Assembly (NCBI GenBank): GCA_009691525.1
Contig: SICG01000001.1
Location: forward strand, 791 to 64,790
Direction of reading: 5' to 3'
Length of the DNA stretch: 64,000 nt
Source: Candidatus Latescibacterota bacterium
GTDB taxonomy: Bacteria; Latescibacterota; UBA2968; UBA8231
This document shows positions 9,659-18,278 of the stretch, one piece after another. The position numbers and the translations under genes are program-made. Under the pieces are notes generated by a model. The model had not been told where the DNA came from, did no database searches, and worked only from the letters and a program-made list of their open reading frames with translations. The stretch's first letter is position 1. The number at the start of each line of letters is the position of its first letter.

Positions 9659-10761
9659 CGGATCTTGAGCGTGGCCAGCCCGCACAGGGCCAGAATCCCT
9701 GCCACGATCCAGAAACGGGTGACGATTTTGGTGTCGGCCAGTCCCTGCGCCCGGAAATGGTCGTGGATGGGCGCGCGGTAGAAAAAGCGCCGGCCCAGCC
9801 ACTTGAGCCCGATCTTCTCCTGCACCAGCACCGAAAAAGCCTCCCCCACAAAGATCCCCCCGATAATTAGAAACAGAAACTCCTGCTTGATCAGCACCGC
9901 CACCGTGCCCAGCAAGCCGCCCAGGGCCATGGAGCCGGTGTCGCCCATGATCACGTTGGCCGGATACGAGTTGAACCAGAGAAATCCCAGGCAGGCACCA
10001 AAAACAATGGAGCAGATGACCGCCACCTCACCCACCCCCGGCATGAAGGGAAAGATGAGGAACTCGGCGATACGGATGTTGCTGCACACGTAGGCAAAGA
10101 TCCCGAAAACCGCCACCACAAAGGCCACCGGCACAATGGCCAGCCCGTCCAGGCCGTCGGCCAGGTTGACCGAATTGGCGATGGCGATCACGGTGAAGAT
10201 GGTGAAGGGCACATAACCCCAGGACAGATCCAGCACCGGGATTTTGACGAAGGGCAGATAGAGTTGGGTGGCCAGACCGGGGGGCAGAGGTGAAGTCGCC
10301 TCGAGCACATAGAGCACCCCAAAGGTCAGGCCGTAGGCGAACTGCAGCAGCAGTTTGGCCTTCTCCGAAAGTCCCCGGTCACTGCTGCCGTAGCGCACCT
10401 TCATGTAGTCATCCACCGCCCCCAACCCCGCGAACCAGACGATAGCGCCCAGGCACAGCAGCGTGAAGGGGTTGTAGAGCTTGCACCACAGCAGGGCGGC
10501 CAGGAGCACCGCCGTGATGATCAATCCCCCGCCGTAGGTCTTGGTCTGGTGTTCGCCGGCGGGAAAGTGGGCATAGCTGCGCACTACGTCCCGCTGGCCG
10601 CTCCGGTAAAAGTGGAGGATCAGGCGTCCGCCGAAGAGGATGGTGAACAGCAGCGCGGTGATCGCCCCGGCGATGGCCCGGAAGCTGATCGAATTGAGCA
10701 GCCGCAAGAAGGAGAGACTGGTGAAGCTGTCGTACAGGTAGGTGCCCAGATAGTAGATCAC
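9655..10761 (-). CDS. mraY: Phospho-N-acetylmuramoyl-pentapeptide transferase (MraY)
   Basis: Alignable by eye along its full length with E. coli MraY: GAVDDYMKV, NSVNLADGLDGLA, FLWFNSYPANVIMGDTGSMALGG, APIHDHF and the C-terminal GLATLKIR. Confidence 0.9.
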   Translation of the reverse strand: MIYYLGTYLYDSFTSLSFLRLLNSISFRAIAGAITALLFTILFGGRLILHFYRSGQRDVVRSYAHFPAGEHQTKTYGGGLIITAVLLAALLWCKLYNPFTLLCLGAIVWFAGLGAVDDYMKVRYGSSDRGLSEKAKLLLQFAYGLTFGVLYVLEATSPLPPGLATQLYLPFVKIPVLDLSWGYVPFTIFTVIAIANSVNLADGLDGLAIVPVAFVVAVFGIFAYVCSNIRIAEFLIFPFMPGVGEVAVICSIVFGACLGFLWFNSYPANVIMGDTGSMALGGLLGTVAVLIKQEFLFLIIGGIFVGEAFSVLVQEKIGLKWLGRRFFYRAPIHDHFRAQGLADTKIVTRFWIVAGILALCGLATLKIR

Positions 10762-10771
10762 GCGCCCTCCC

Positions 10772-12799
10772 TCACTCGGCCTGGCGTCGGTGCTGCTGCT
10801 CCAGGAGCAGTTGGTTCAGTTCGGTGACCAGCTGGCGCAGGTTTTCCTTGAGGGGAAACTCCGGCTTGAAAAAAGGCGACATCGCCAGGATCTGCTCCAT
10901 GCGTTCGCCCACGGCCTGGGGTTCGAGCACCCGGCGTTGGAGCAGACGTCTCAGAGTGGAGACCACCTCTTGGCGGAACTGCCAGTTGGGGTGCAGATAG
11001 AAGCGCTGCAGGTGGACCAGAATCTTGGGGCGCACCGCGATGGTCCCCAAGGCCCGCAGAGCCTGGACTACTACCCCCGACCTGGGATCGTCGAGGCGGG
11101 CTACCAGGGCGTTCTCGAGCCCTTCGCTAGGGGCGAAGAGTTCCCCCAGGGCCTGGGCGGCAGCGGCGCGCACCTCGAAATAGGGGTCCTCGCGCAGCGC
11201 CTGTAGCAGGCTTTCCTCGACCGCGCCATCGGCCACCTGCAACAGGCGGATGCCGTGCTCAATGATATTTCGTCTCAAGATGCCCACCTGGCGGAAGTCC
11301 CCCCCACAGCAGCGCCGCAGCCAGCTGACCTTGCGGCGATCCCCCAGCATGGCCAGCAGCAAAGGCAGGCGTTCCCGATATTGAAGCTGCCCCACCAGCT
11401 TGATGCCGACGCTGCGCTGGCCCAGCGGAATTTCGTACCATTCCTCCGAGGCCAGCAGGCGGTCTGCCTGGTAGCGCAGATAGGCCAGTTCCCCGGTGTC
11501 CAGGCGCTGCACCCCCCCAGCCTCCTTGAGCCGGCGCTGCACGTGGCGCAGCAGGCTGTTGGGATTGGCGGGCAAGCCCGGGGGGCGCTCGGGGAATTTC
11601 AGGCTCAGCGCCGGCGGCCGGCGGCCGGCTGTCAGATTCTCGATCTCCTTGAGGATCAGCTCGAGGCTGTCGCGGCGCACCGAGCTGCGGGCGGCCGCCC
11701 CCATCTGGCAGCGCAATTCCTGAGCGCCCAGCAATTCCACCACCTGGGTGGCCAAGCGCTGCCCGTCCAGCCGCGAGATCACCCGGCCCTCCGCCCAGAA
11801 AGCTTCCTGGTAGAGCACCCGCCCCGCCCCGCTGCGTTCCAGCTCACGGGCGTTGAGCGCCTGGTGGTCCTCAGCGGCGGTGACCAGGGGGATAATCAGG
11901 GAAGGCAGCCCACAGACGCAGATCTCGGTCAGGGTGCCGGCGCCCCCGCGGCAGATGACCAAGTCGGCGGCAGCATAGGCCTCCTGGATATTCTCCATGT
12001 ACTCGAAGCGGCGGTACCACGCTGAGGTGTCGCCGGTGATACCCAGCTCTTCCAGGCGGCGCTGGGTATCCTCCACCGCATGGTAGTCTTCGCCGGCATA
12101 ACGCCCGGTGATGTGTATCACGATCAGGTTCGGTTCCTGGTGCCAGCGCGGCAGGGCCTCGACCACGGCTTCGTTGATGGCCCGCGAGCCGCCCGAGCCG
12201 CCAAAGGCCAAGACCACCCTGGTCTCCAGGGCGATGCCCATTCGCTGCCGACTCTGTTCGCGGTCGGCCTCCAGCACCTCACGCCGCACCGGATAACCCA
12301 CCACCGCCACCCGCCGCATGTCGAACCAGTGGCTGGCCTGCTCAAAAGCCACGCCGATGCGGTCGGCCAGCCGCCCCCCCAACTGGTTGAGCAGCCCCGG
12401 ATAGGCGTTGGGCTCGTAGAGGAAAATCTTGGCCTTGGTGAGACCAATTTTTCCCATAAACCCGGCGGCCAGCACAATGGGTGCACTCACATAACCGCCG
12501 GTGGCGATGATCAGCTGGGGTCTGAAGCGCAGCAAAATAAATAAGCCCCGGAGCATGCCGAGCCCCAGCACCGCGCCAAAAATCAGCAGCGCCCACAGCG
12601 AGCGGGCGCGGGGAAAGGGTCTAGAACAAACAAAACACAGTTCATAACCGCGATTGGGCACCACCCGGGCCTCGAGTTTGTCGCGGGTCCCCACGTAGAG
12701 GAACTGGGCCTCCGGCTGGACCAGTCGGAGTTCGTCGGCGATGGCCAGGGCTGGATAGACATGGCCACCTGTCCCACCTCCGGTGAGCAAGTATCTCAT
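10772..12799 (-). CDS. murG: MurG glycosyltransferase (lipid II synthase) fused to a C-terminal HEAT-like repeat domain of about 285 aa
   Basis: The N-terminus MRYLLTGGGTGGHVYPALAIADEL, plus GGSGGSRAIN and ADLVICRGGAGTLTEICVCGLPSLIIPL, match MurG motifs (residues 1 to about 390). Residues about 391-675 (DNA 10772-11629) carry HEAT-like repeats (EDPYFEVRAAAAQALGEL, LDDPRSGVVVQALRALGTI, HPNWQFRQEVVSTLRRL). The start is set at ATG 12799, not at the track's 12892. Confidence 0.85.
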   Translation of the reverse strand: MRYLLTGGGTGGHVYPALAIADELRLVQPEAQFLYVGTRDKLEARVVPNRGYELCFVCSRPFPRARSLWALLIFGAVLGLGMLRGLFILLRFRPQLIIATGGYVSAPIVLAAGFMGKIGLTKAKIFLYEPNAYPGLLNQLGGRLADRIGVAFEQASHWFDMRRVAVVGYPVRREVLEADREQSRQRMGIALETRVVLAFGGSGGSRAINEAVVEALPRWHQEPNLIVIHITGRYAGEDYHAVEDTQRRLEELGITGDTSAWYRRFEYMENIQEAYAAADLVICRGGAGTLTEICVCGLPSLIIPLVTAAEDHQALNARELERSGAGRVLYQEAFWAEGRVISRLDGQRLATQVVELLGAQELRCQMGAAARSSVRRDSLELILKEIENLTAGRRPPALSLKFPERPPGLPANPNSLLRHVQRRLKEAGGVQRLDTGELAYLRYQADRLLASEEWYEIPLGQRSVGIKLVGQLQYRERLPLLLAMLGDRRKVSWLRRCCGGDFRQVGILRRNIIEHGIRLLQVADGAVEESLLQALREDPYFEVRAAAAQALGELFAPSEGLENALVARLDDPRSGVVVQALRALGTIAVRPKILVHLQRFYLHPNWQFRQEVVSTLRRLLQRRVLEPQAVGERMEQILAMSPFFKPEFPLKENLRQLVTELNQLLLEQQHRRQAE

Positions 12800-12922
12800 T
12801 GCGGTACTCCAGGGAACATACCAGGGGATCAGGGAGAGGGAAACCTGTATACGGGAAGGCTTGGGAGAGTCTGTTTCCAAAAATAGGCACAAGCCCTGCT
12901 CTAGACAAGCAGGAGCGATGGC

Positions 12923-13669
12923 CTAGATCCGCTCTACCGTGTCAGCCGGCACCCAGCCGCCCAGACCGCTGGGCAGGCGCACCAACACCCAGTCCCCCTC
13001 GCTCCTGGCTAAAAGCAGACAGGTGCCCTCGTGAACCACAAAGACAGCCGTCTCTAACAAATCTGGGGCACTGCGGGCCGTGACCTCAGCAGCGAGGGCC
13101 ACCACCCGGGCCTGGGCCTGGCCGTAGAGCCGGGTGCCCAGGTAGGCACCGGTGCCCGTCGCCAGGCTGATACTGGCGACCAGGAGCCACGACTGCCACC
13201 AGGCAGACCAGGTCGTCCGGCGCCACAGCCGCCAGCCCCCCAACCCGCAGGTGGCCATAAAAAAGACGTTGAAGAGCAAGCACAATTCATCGAGGGTAGG
13301 GAAAAGGTAGAGGTCCTCCAGCCAACGCGCCGGCCCGGTCGCTTCGCTGACCTTGTCGAGCCGGAGTTGCTGGGCATAATGCAAATTGGCGCGGATATCG
13401 GCGTCGCGCGGGGCCAGGCGCAGGGCCCGCTCGTACCACAGTACCGCCTCCCCCAGATGACCGGCCTTGAAGCAGGCATTGCCCAGGTTGTAATAGACCT
13501 GGGGATCGCGCACCCCGGCCTCGACCACCTGCTGGTACGCTTCGCGGGCCTGCGGGTACTGCCCCTGCCGGTACAGCTCGTTGGCCTGATTGTACTGATC
13601 CAGCGGGGTGCCGATGGCGGAAAGGGCAACCCCCAGGCAAAAGGCCATGGCCAGGAGGATCGTCTTCAT
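12923..13669 (-). CDS. batE: BatE-like protein (signal peptide, TPR repeats, membrane segments, C-terminal SH3b-like domain)
   Basis: TPR-like YNQANELYRQGQYPQAREAYQQV / YYNLGNACFKAGHLGEAVLWYERAL, and a C-terminal GDWVLVRLPSGLGGWVPADTV that is SH3-like. The start overlaps the batD stop (ATGA). Confidence 0.7.
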   Translation of the reverse strand: MKTILLAMAFCLGVALSAIGTPLDQYNQANELYRQGQYPQAREAYQQVVEAGVRDPQVYYNLGNACFKAGHLGEAVLWYERALRLAPRDADIRANLHYAQQLRLDKVSEATGPARWLEDLYLFPTLDELCLLFNVFFMATCGLGGWRLWRRTTWSAWWQSWLLVASISLATGTGAYLGTRLYGQAQARVVALAAEVTARSAPDLLETAVFVVHEGTCLLLARSEGDWVLVRLPSGLGGWVPADTVERI

Positions 13670-15465
13670 CCCAGTTTCTCCAGCGCAGCGATTATTTCGG
13701 CAGCCCGCTCCTGGACCTGGGCCATTTCCTCCCGGCTCTGGGCCCCCGGGGCGAAGCGGGCGAAGTCGCAGGCGGCCAGTACCTCCTCCACTGCACGCAC
13801 CAGCGGCTCGGCCACGCCTTTTTCAGCCAAGAACTGGGCGCGGGCCTGGCTGGTGAGGCCGGCCGCTGGCCTTTCGAGGCGGTCGGCCAGAAAGGCGAGC
13901 AGGGCCCGCTGAATCTCGGCGTGGAAGGCCGGACTGTCCCCCTGTTCCAGCAGTTGGGCAGCCAGCCGCAGCCGGTGGCCTACCTCGCCGCGGGCCCGCC
14001 GGCGGCGCACCAGCGCCACATCCCCTTCCAGGCGCTGCCGGCGGCGCTGATAGAGCAACAGCCCTAGGCCAGCCAGGGGCAGCAGGCCCTGAATCCCCCA
14101 GAAAAACACACTTCGGTACAGCTGGACCGGCTCGCTAAGTGCTTCCAGATCCGGTTTGATATGGCGGATGTCCTGGCCCACCTGGGCGATCTCCCGAGGG
14201 ATGCCGCCTGGGCTGGCCGCCAGATCCGGGGCAACCCCGCCGCGCACCTCTAGGCGGATGGGTTCTGATTTCAGCATTCGGTACTGGCCCTGGATGGGAT
14301 CGAAATAGGCAAAGCTGATGGGGGGAATTTCCTGGGAACCGCCTCGCTGCGGGATGAGGATGTATTCGAATTTGCGCGTGCCCCCGTATCCCCCGTCCTC
14401 CACTCGCTCCTGGGACTCGGCCTTGGGATCGTAAACGGTGAACCCGGCCGTGGCGGACAGCACAGGGGGCTCGATGGCGTTGATGTTGCCCTGGCCGCTG
14501 ATCTCCACCTTGAGGGTCACTGGATCGCCGGCCGCCACCGACAGCGGTTGGGCCTTGGCCTGAAGCGTATAGCGGCCCACTGCCCCGCTGAACTGCGGGG
14601 GACGTCCACTCTGGGGCAGGGGCAGCACCTCGATGCGCAGGGGATCGCAGGCCACTACTGCGGTCTGGCCACGTCCGCCAAAGGGGTCATCGAGAAAGTC
14701 CCATACGCTCGAACGGCCCCGCACCGGCAGCTTGCACGAGATGGCCAAGGGCGCCACCTGGTGGATGCCGTCGCTGGTGGGGAAGATCGCCATCCGCCGC
14801 AGCGGCGCCACCTGGAATTCCACGCCGCCGATGCTCTCCACCCGCGGCTTGAGCTGCTGGGCCACAAAAAGTTCCTCGGCCCAGAAGCCGGCGTAGTCGG
14901 GCAGTTCCTTGAAACCCACGCTGCTGATGGGAAAGCGGTAGCAGAGCTGGTATTCGAGCACCACCTGCTGCCCGACATAAATCTTTTGTCGGTCGGCCTT
15001 CACCCGGACGAAGAGATTGTCCTCCAGCCCCTCCTGGCCACCGCTGCGGCTGCCCCCGCCCGCAGGGGCCTGGCGGGCATTGCCGGCGACGATCTCCAGG
15101 TCGATGGCCTTGGTTTTATAGGTCTGCCCGTCCAGCTCGATGCTCGCCGGGCCCAGTCGCAGCTTGCCGGTGCGGCGGGCAGTGAGGGCATAACTTAGCT
15201 CGCGGGTAAAGGTGGTGTGGAAGTTGACCATCTCCACCCGGGTGCTGATTGCCGGCCCCTCGACGTAGAACTCTTGCAAATCGATCTCAGGTGCCGGCAC
15301 GTGGGAGAGGTTCTCGTCGGAGATGATGGTGAGGGTGAGCTGGATGGGATCGGCCTGGCCGGCCCGGGTGCGGTCCACTAGCGCTTCGAAGCGGACCTGC
15401 GCCGCTTCGGCCCGCAGGACCAGGGCCAGCACCAATGCCAGCCAGATGGCCAACCTGCCCTTCAT
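13666..15465 (-). CDS. batD: BatD-like (oxygen-tolerance family) membrane protein
   Basis: 600 aa counted from ATG 15465 (MKGRLAIWLALVLALVLRAEA signal peptide). It has a large beta-rich ectodomain, a late TM (FFWGIQGLLPLAGLGLLLY) and a C-terminal helical tail (LAACDFARFAP). It occupies the batD position after batC. Confidence 0.75.
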   Translation of the reverse strand: MKGRLAIWLALVLALVLRAEAAQVRFEALVDRTRAGQADPIQLTLTIISDENLSHVPAPEIDLQEFYVEGPAISTRVEMVNFHTTFTRELSYALTARRTGKLRLGPASIELDGQTYKTKAIDLEIVAGNARQAPAGGGSRSGGQEGLEDNLFVRVKADRQKIYVGQQVVLEYQLCYRFPISSVGFKELPDYAGFWAEELFVAQQLKPRVESIGGVEFQVAPLRRMAIFPTSDGIHQVAPLAISCKLPVRGRSSVWDFLDDPFGGRGQTAVVACDPLRIEVLPLPQSGRPPQFSGAVGRYTLQAKAQPLSVAAGDPVTLKVEISGQGNINAIEPPVLSATAGFTVYDPKAESQERVEDGGYGGTRKFEYILIPQRGGSQEIPPISFAYFDPIQGQYRMLKSEPIRLEVRGGVAPDLAASPGGIPREIAQVGQDIRHIKPDLEALSEPVQLYRSVFFWGIQGLLPLAGLGLLLYQRRRQRLEGDVALVRRRRARGEVGHRLRLAAQLLEQGDSPAFHAEIQRALLAFLADRLERPAAGLTSQARAQFLAEKGVAEPLVRAVEEVLAACDFARFAPGAQSREEMAQVQERAAEIIAALEKLG

Positions 15466-15472
15466 CGGTCGC

Positions 15473-16258
15473 TCACCAGTCCTTGCCCCGATAGGCCTGC
15501 GTCCCGCGCTGGCGGCGCTGGTGGGCCTGCTTCTCCCGGTCACGGAGAGCGTCCAGCAACTGTTCGGCCTCCTCGCGGTCCATGCGGTTGCGCTGGCCAG
15601 CGCGCTGGTCGCTGCCCTGCTTTTGCTCCTGGGCCTGTCGCTTTTGTTGGTCCTGCTGGTTCTGCTGCTGGTCCTGTTGCTGGCCTTGTTGCTGGTCTTG
15701 TTGCTTTTGTTGTTGCTGTTGATCCTGTTGTTGTTGGCCCTGCTGGCCTTGCTCTTGCTGGTTTTGTTGTTGCCCTTGCTTTTTCTGGTCCTGGGATTGC
15801 TGCTGCTCTTGCTGCTCTTGCTCCTGCTGCTTGGTCAGGGCCAGTTCCAGGTTGGCCTTGGCATCCTGGTCCTGCCAGTCCAGGTCCAAGGCCTGTTTGT
15901 AGGCTTCGACGGCCTGTGGGTACTGCTGCTGCTGATAGTAGGTGTTGCCCAGATTGTAGAAGCTGCGCGCCTTCAGCTCGGCGTCGGCGCCCTGGAGGGC
16001 CTGGTCGAATTCCTTCGCCGCTCCCGGCAAATCCCCGGTCTTAAAGAGGGCGCTGCCCACATTGAAGTTGAGGGCCGGGGTTTCCGGTGCCTCAACCTGG
16101 GCCTGCCGGTACAGCTCTAGGGCCTCCGCGTAGTGCCCGACCTCGTATTGCTTCTTGGCCTGGGCGCTCTTGTCGCGGGCCTCATCCTCGATGTTATCGG
16201 CCCCCGCCGGCCCCAGCCAGCACCACAGCAGGGCGGCCAGAACATATAGCTTGTTCAC
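15473..16258 (-). CDS. batC: BatC-like TPR protein with Gln-rich low-complexity tail
   Basis: GTG 16258 overlaps the batB stop (GTGA) and gives the signal peptide MNKLYVLAALLWCWLGPAGA. TPR-like repeats follow, then an approximately 75-residue Q/D/E-rich tract. Confidence 0.72.
   Translation of the reverse strand: MNKLYVLAALLWCWLGPAGADNIEDEARDKSAQAKKQYEVGHYAEALELYRQAQVEAPETPALNFNVGSALFKTGDLPGAAKEFDQALQGADAELKARSFYNLGNTYYQQQQYPQAVEAYKQALDLDWQDQDAKANLELALTKQQEQEQQEQQQSQDQKKQGQQQNQQEQGQQGQQQQDQQQQQKQQDQQQGQQQDQQQNQQDQQKRQAQEQKQGSDQRAGQRNRMDREEAEQLLDALRDREKQAHQRRQRGTQAYRGKDW
15610..15835 (-). repeat. CAG/CAA (Gln-codon) trinucleotide-rich low-complexity coding tract inside batC
   Basis: The plus strand reads as runs of ctg/ttg triplets (ctgctgctggtcctgttgctggccttgttgctggtcttgttgcttttgttgttgctgttg...). 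This encodes QQEQEQQEQQQSQDQKKQGQQQNQQEQGQQGQQQQDQQQQQKQQDQQQGQQQDQQQNQQDQQ. Confidence 0.85.
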
Positions 16259-17271
16259 GCAAACCTCCCCCGCCATTCGCCCTGGCGCCGCCGGCCCTCG
16301 GGCAGGCAAGCCTCAACCAGGAAACAGAGCAGGGCGGGAAGCAGGCAGAACTGAAACCGCTCCTCATAGCGAGTGAAGCGGGTCGCCCCAAATTCCCGCT
16401 GGTCCATCTGGCTGAGGTAGTCGCGGATCTGTCCCACCTCTCCCCCCCCCAGGGTGCTGCGAAAATAAACCCCCTCACTGGCCTGGACCACCTGCTGCAA
16501 GGTCTGCTCGTCCAGGCGGCTCTTGACGTAGTTGCCTTCCTGATCCTGATGGTATCCCCCGGTCTTGAGATTTGGGATCAGTTCCCCGCCGGTACTGCCG
16601 ACGCCTACCGCAAAGATCCGGATCCCCTTGGCCGCCGCCTCCTTGGCCGCCAACACCGGATCGCCCAGGTGATTCTCCCCGTCGGTGAAGAGCACGATGG
16701 CCTTGTCCTGTGCCTCGCTTTCGGGCAGGCATCTAACTGCCAGGGTGATGGCATCGGCCATCGCGGTGCCCTGCACCGGCACCACGCCGGTGTCGGCCAG
16801 GTCGAGGAACATCCGCAGCGCCCCGTAGTCCACGGTCAGCGGGCATTGGACAAAGGCGTGGCCGGCAAAAAAGACCAGCCCCACCCGGTCGCCCTCCAGT
16901 TGGTCCAGCAATTCGGCGATCTGGTGTTTGGCCCGCTCCAACCGGCTGGGCTTCACATCGCCGGCCAGCATGCTGCGCGACACGTCCATGGCCACGATCA
17001 CATCCACCCCTCGGCGCTTGCTTACCTCGGTCTTGGCCCCAAACTGGGGCCCGGTGAGGGCCAGGACCAGCAAGAAGACCCCGGCCAGCAGCACCAGATA
17101 ACGGGCGTATTGCCAGCCGGGGCCCTGGTGATCGACCAGTCTGGGCACCATAGTCTGGTGGGCAAAGCGGGCTAGGGCGCAGCGTTTTCGCATCAGGGCC
17201 CAGACCAGAAAGAGGGCCAGGGCCGGCACCAGCAGCAGCAACCAGAAATAATCGGGGGCGGCGAATCGCAC
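16255..17271 (-). CDS. batB: BatB-like VWA-domain membrane protein
   Basis: N-terminal TMs (YFWLLLLVPALALFLVW), the VWA MIDAS motif DVIVAMDVSRSM, and a C-terminal TM. Confidence 0.82.
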   Translation of the reverse strand: MRFAAPDYFWLLLLVPALALFLVWALMRKRCALARFAHQTMVPRLVDHQGPGWQYARYLVLLAGVFLLVLALTGPQFGAKTEVSKRRGVDVIVAMDVSRSMLAGDVKPSRLERAKHQIAELLDQLEGDRVGLVFFAGHAFVQCPLTVDYGALRMFLDLADTGVVPVQGTAMADAITLAVRCLPESEAQDKAIVLFTDGENHLGDPVLAAKEAAAKGIRIFAVGVGSTGGELIPNLKTGGYHQDQEGNYVKSRLDEQTLQQVVQASEGVYFRSTLGGGEVGQIRDYLSQMDQREFGATRFTRYEERFQFCLLPALLCFLVEACLPEGRRRQGEWRGRFA

Positions 17272-17281
17272 GGGGGCTCCT

Positions 17282-18268
17282 TCAGGGAATGCGGCGGAAA
17301 CGAGTGTTGGCCAGCACCACTTCGCTTAGGAGCAAGATCAGCCCGGGCCACAGGAAATAGGCAAAGCGCTCGGCGTAGTCCACGTGTACCTTATCCTTGA
17401 CCGGCGAGGTCTCCAGGGCGGCGATCTCGCGGTAGATTTCTTGTAATTTTTCCTGGCTGGTGGCCCGGAAGTACCGGCCCCCAGTGCGCCTGGCCACTTC
17501 CTGCAGGGTGCTCTCATCGAACTCAGCGCCCTGGGACCGGCCGAAGAGCAAGGGCGAGGCCAGGCTCGCCTGGTTGCTGCCCACGCCGATGGTGTAGACC
17601 CGGATGCCGACAGCGGCGGCGGCATCGGCGGCGGTCAGCGGCTCCAGCTCCCCGGCGTTGCTCACCCCGTCGGTGAGCACCACCACCACCTTGCTCTTGG
17701 CCTGCGAATCGCGCAGGCGGTTACAGGCGTTGGCCAGCGCCATGCCGATGGCTGTGCCGTCCCAGGAATCATCGGCGAACTGGAGGTTCTGGACGAAATT
17801 CAGCAAGATATCGTAATCGAGGGTCAGGGGGCACTGGGTGAAGCTCTCGCCGGCAAAGATCACCAGGCCCAGCCGATCGCTCTGCCGCCCGCGGATGAAA
17901 TCGGCCACCACCTCTTTGGCGATCTCCAGGCGGTTCCGCGACCCCAGGTCCTTGGCTTCCATGCTGGAAGAGACGTCCAGGGTCAACAAGATATCGATGC
18001 CCTCGGCGGACAACTCGCGGCTCTCCCTGCCGGCCTGGGGCCGGGCCATGGCCAGGATCAGGCAGGCCAGCCCCAGAAGTTTGAGGGCGATCAGGCCGTG
18101 CCGCAGCCGGGTCCAGAGGGTGGGGCCGGCGGCCAGCAGCAGTCCCAGGTCGGAGAAGCGCAGACTGTTCCTGCCGCGGCGCTGCTCGCCGAAGTAGCGG
18201 TAGAAGAACAGGGGCAGGAGGATCAGCGCCAAAAGCCAGGTAGGATCTGCGAAGCGCAGATGGGCCAT
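17282..18268 (-). CDS. batA: BatA-like VWA-domain membrane protein
   Basis: N-terminal TMs (WLLALILLPLFFYRYF), the MIDAS motif DILLTLDVSSSM, and a C-terminal TM (YFLWPGLILLLSEVVL). Confidence 0.82.
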   Translation of the reverse strand: MAHLRFADPTWLLALILLPLFFYRYFGEQRRGRNSLRFSDLGLLLAAGPTLWTRLRHGLIALKLLGLACLILAMARPQAGRESRELSAEGIDILLTLDVSSSMEAKDLGSRNRLEIAKEVVADFIRGRQSDRLGLVIFAGESFTQCPLTLDYDILLNFVQNLQFADDSWDGTAIGMALANACNRLRDSQAKSKVVVVLTDGVSNAGELEPLTAADAAAAVGIRVYTIGVGSNQASLASPLLFGRSQGAEFDESTLQEVARRTGGRYFRATSQEKLQEIYREIAALETSPVKDKVHVDYAERFAYFLWPGLILLLSEVVLANTRFRRIP

Positions 18269-18278
18269 TGCCCCTACC

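Noticed and set aside
15323-16120. 265-aa plus-strand Leu-rich ORF (LLLLVLLVLLL...)
   Set aside because: It is the reverse complement of the batC Gln-codon repeat (CAG/CAA read as CTG/TTG). It is an artefact of the repeat and not a membrane protein.
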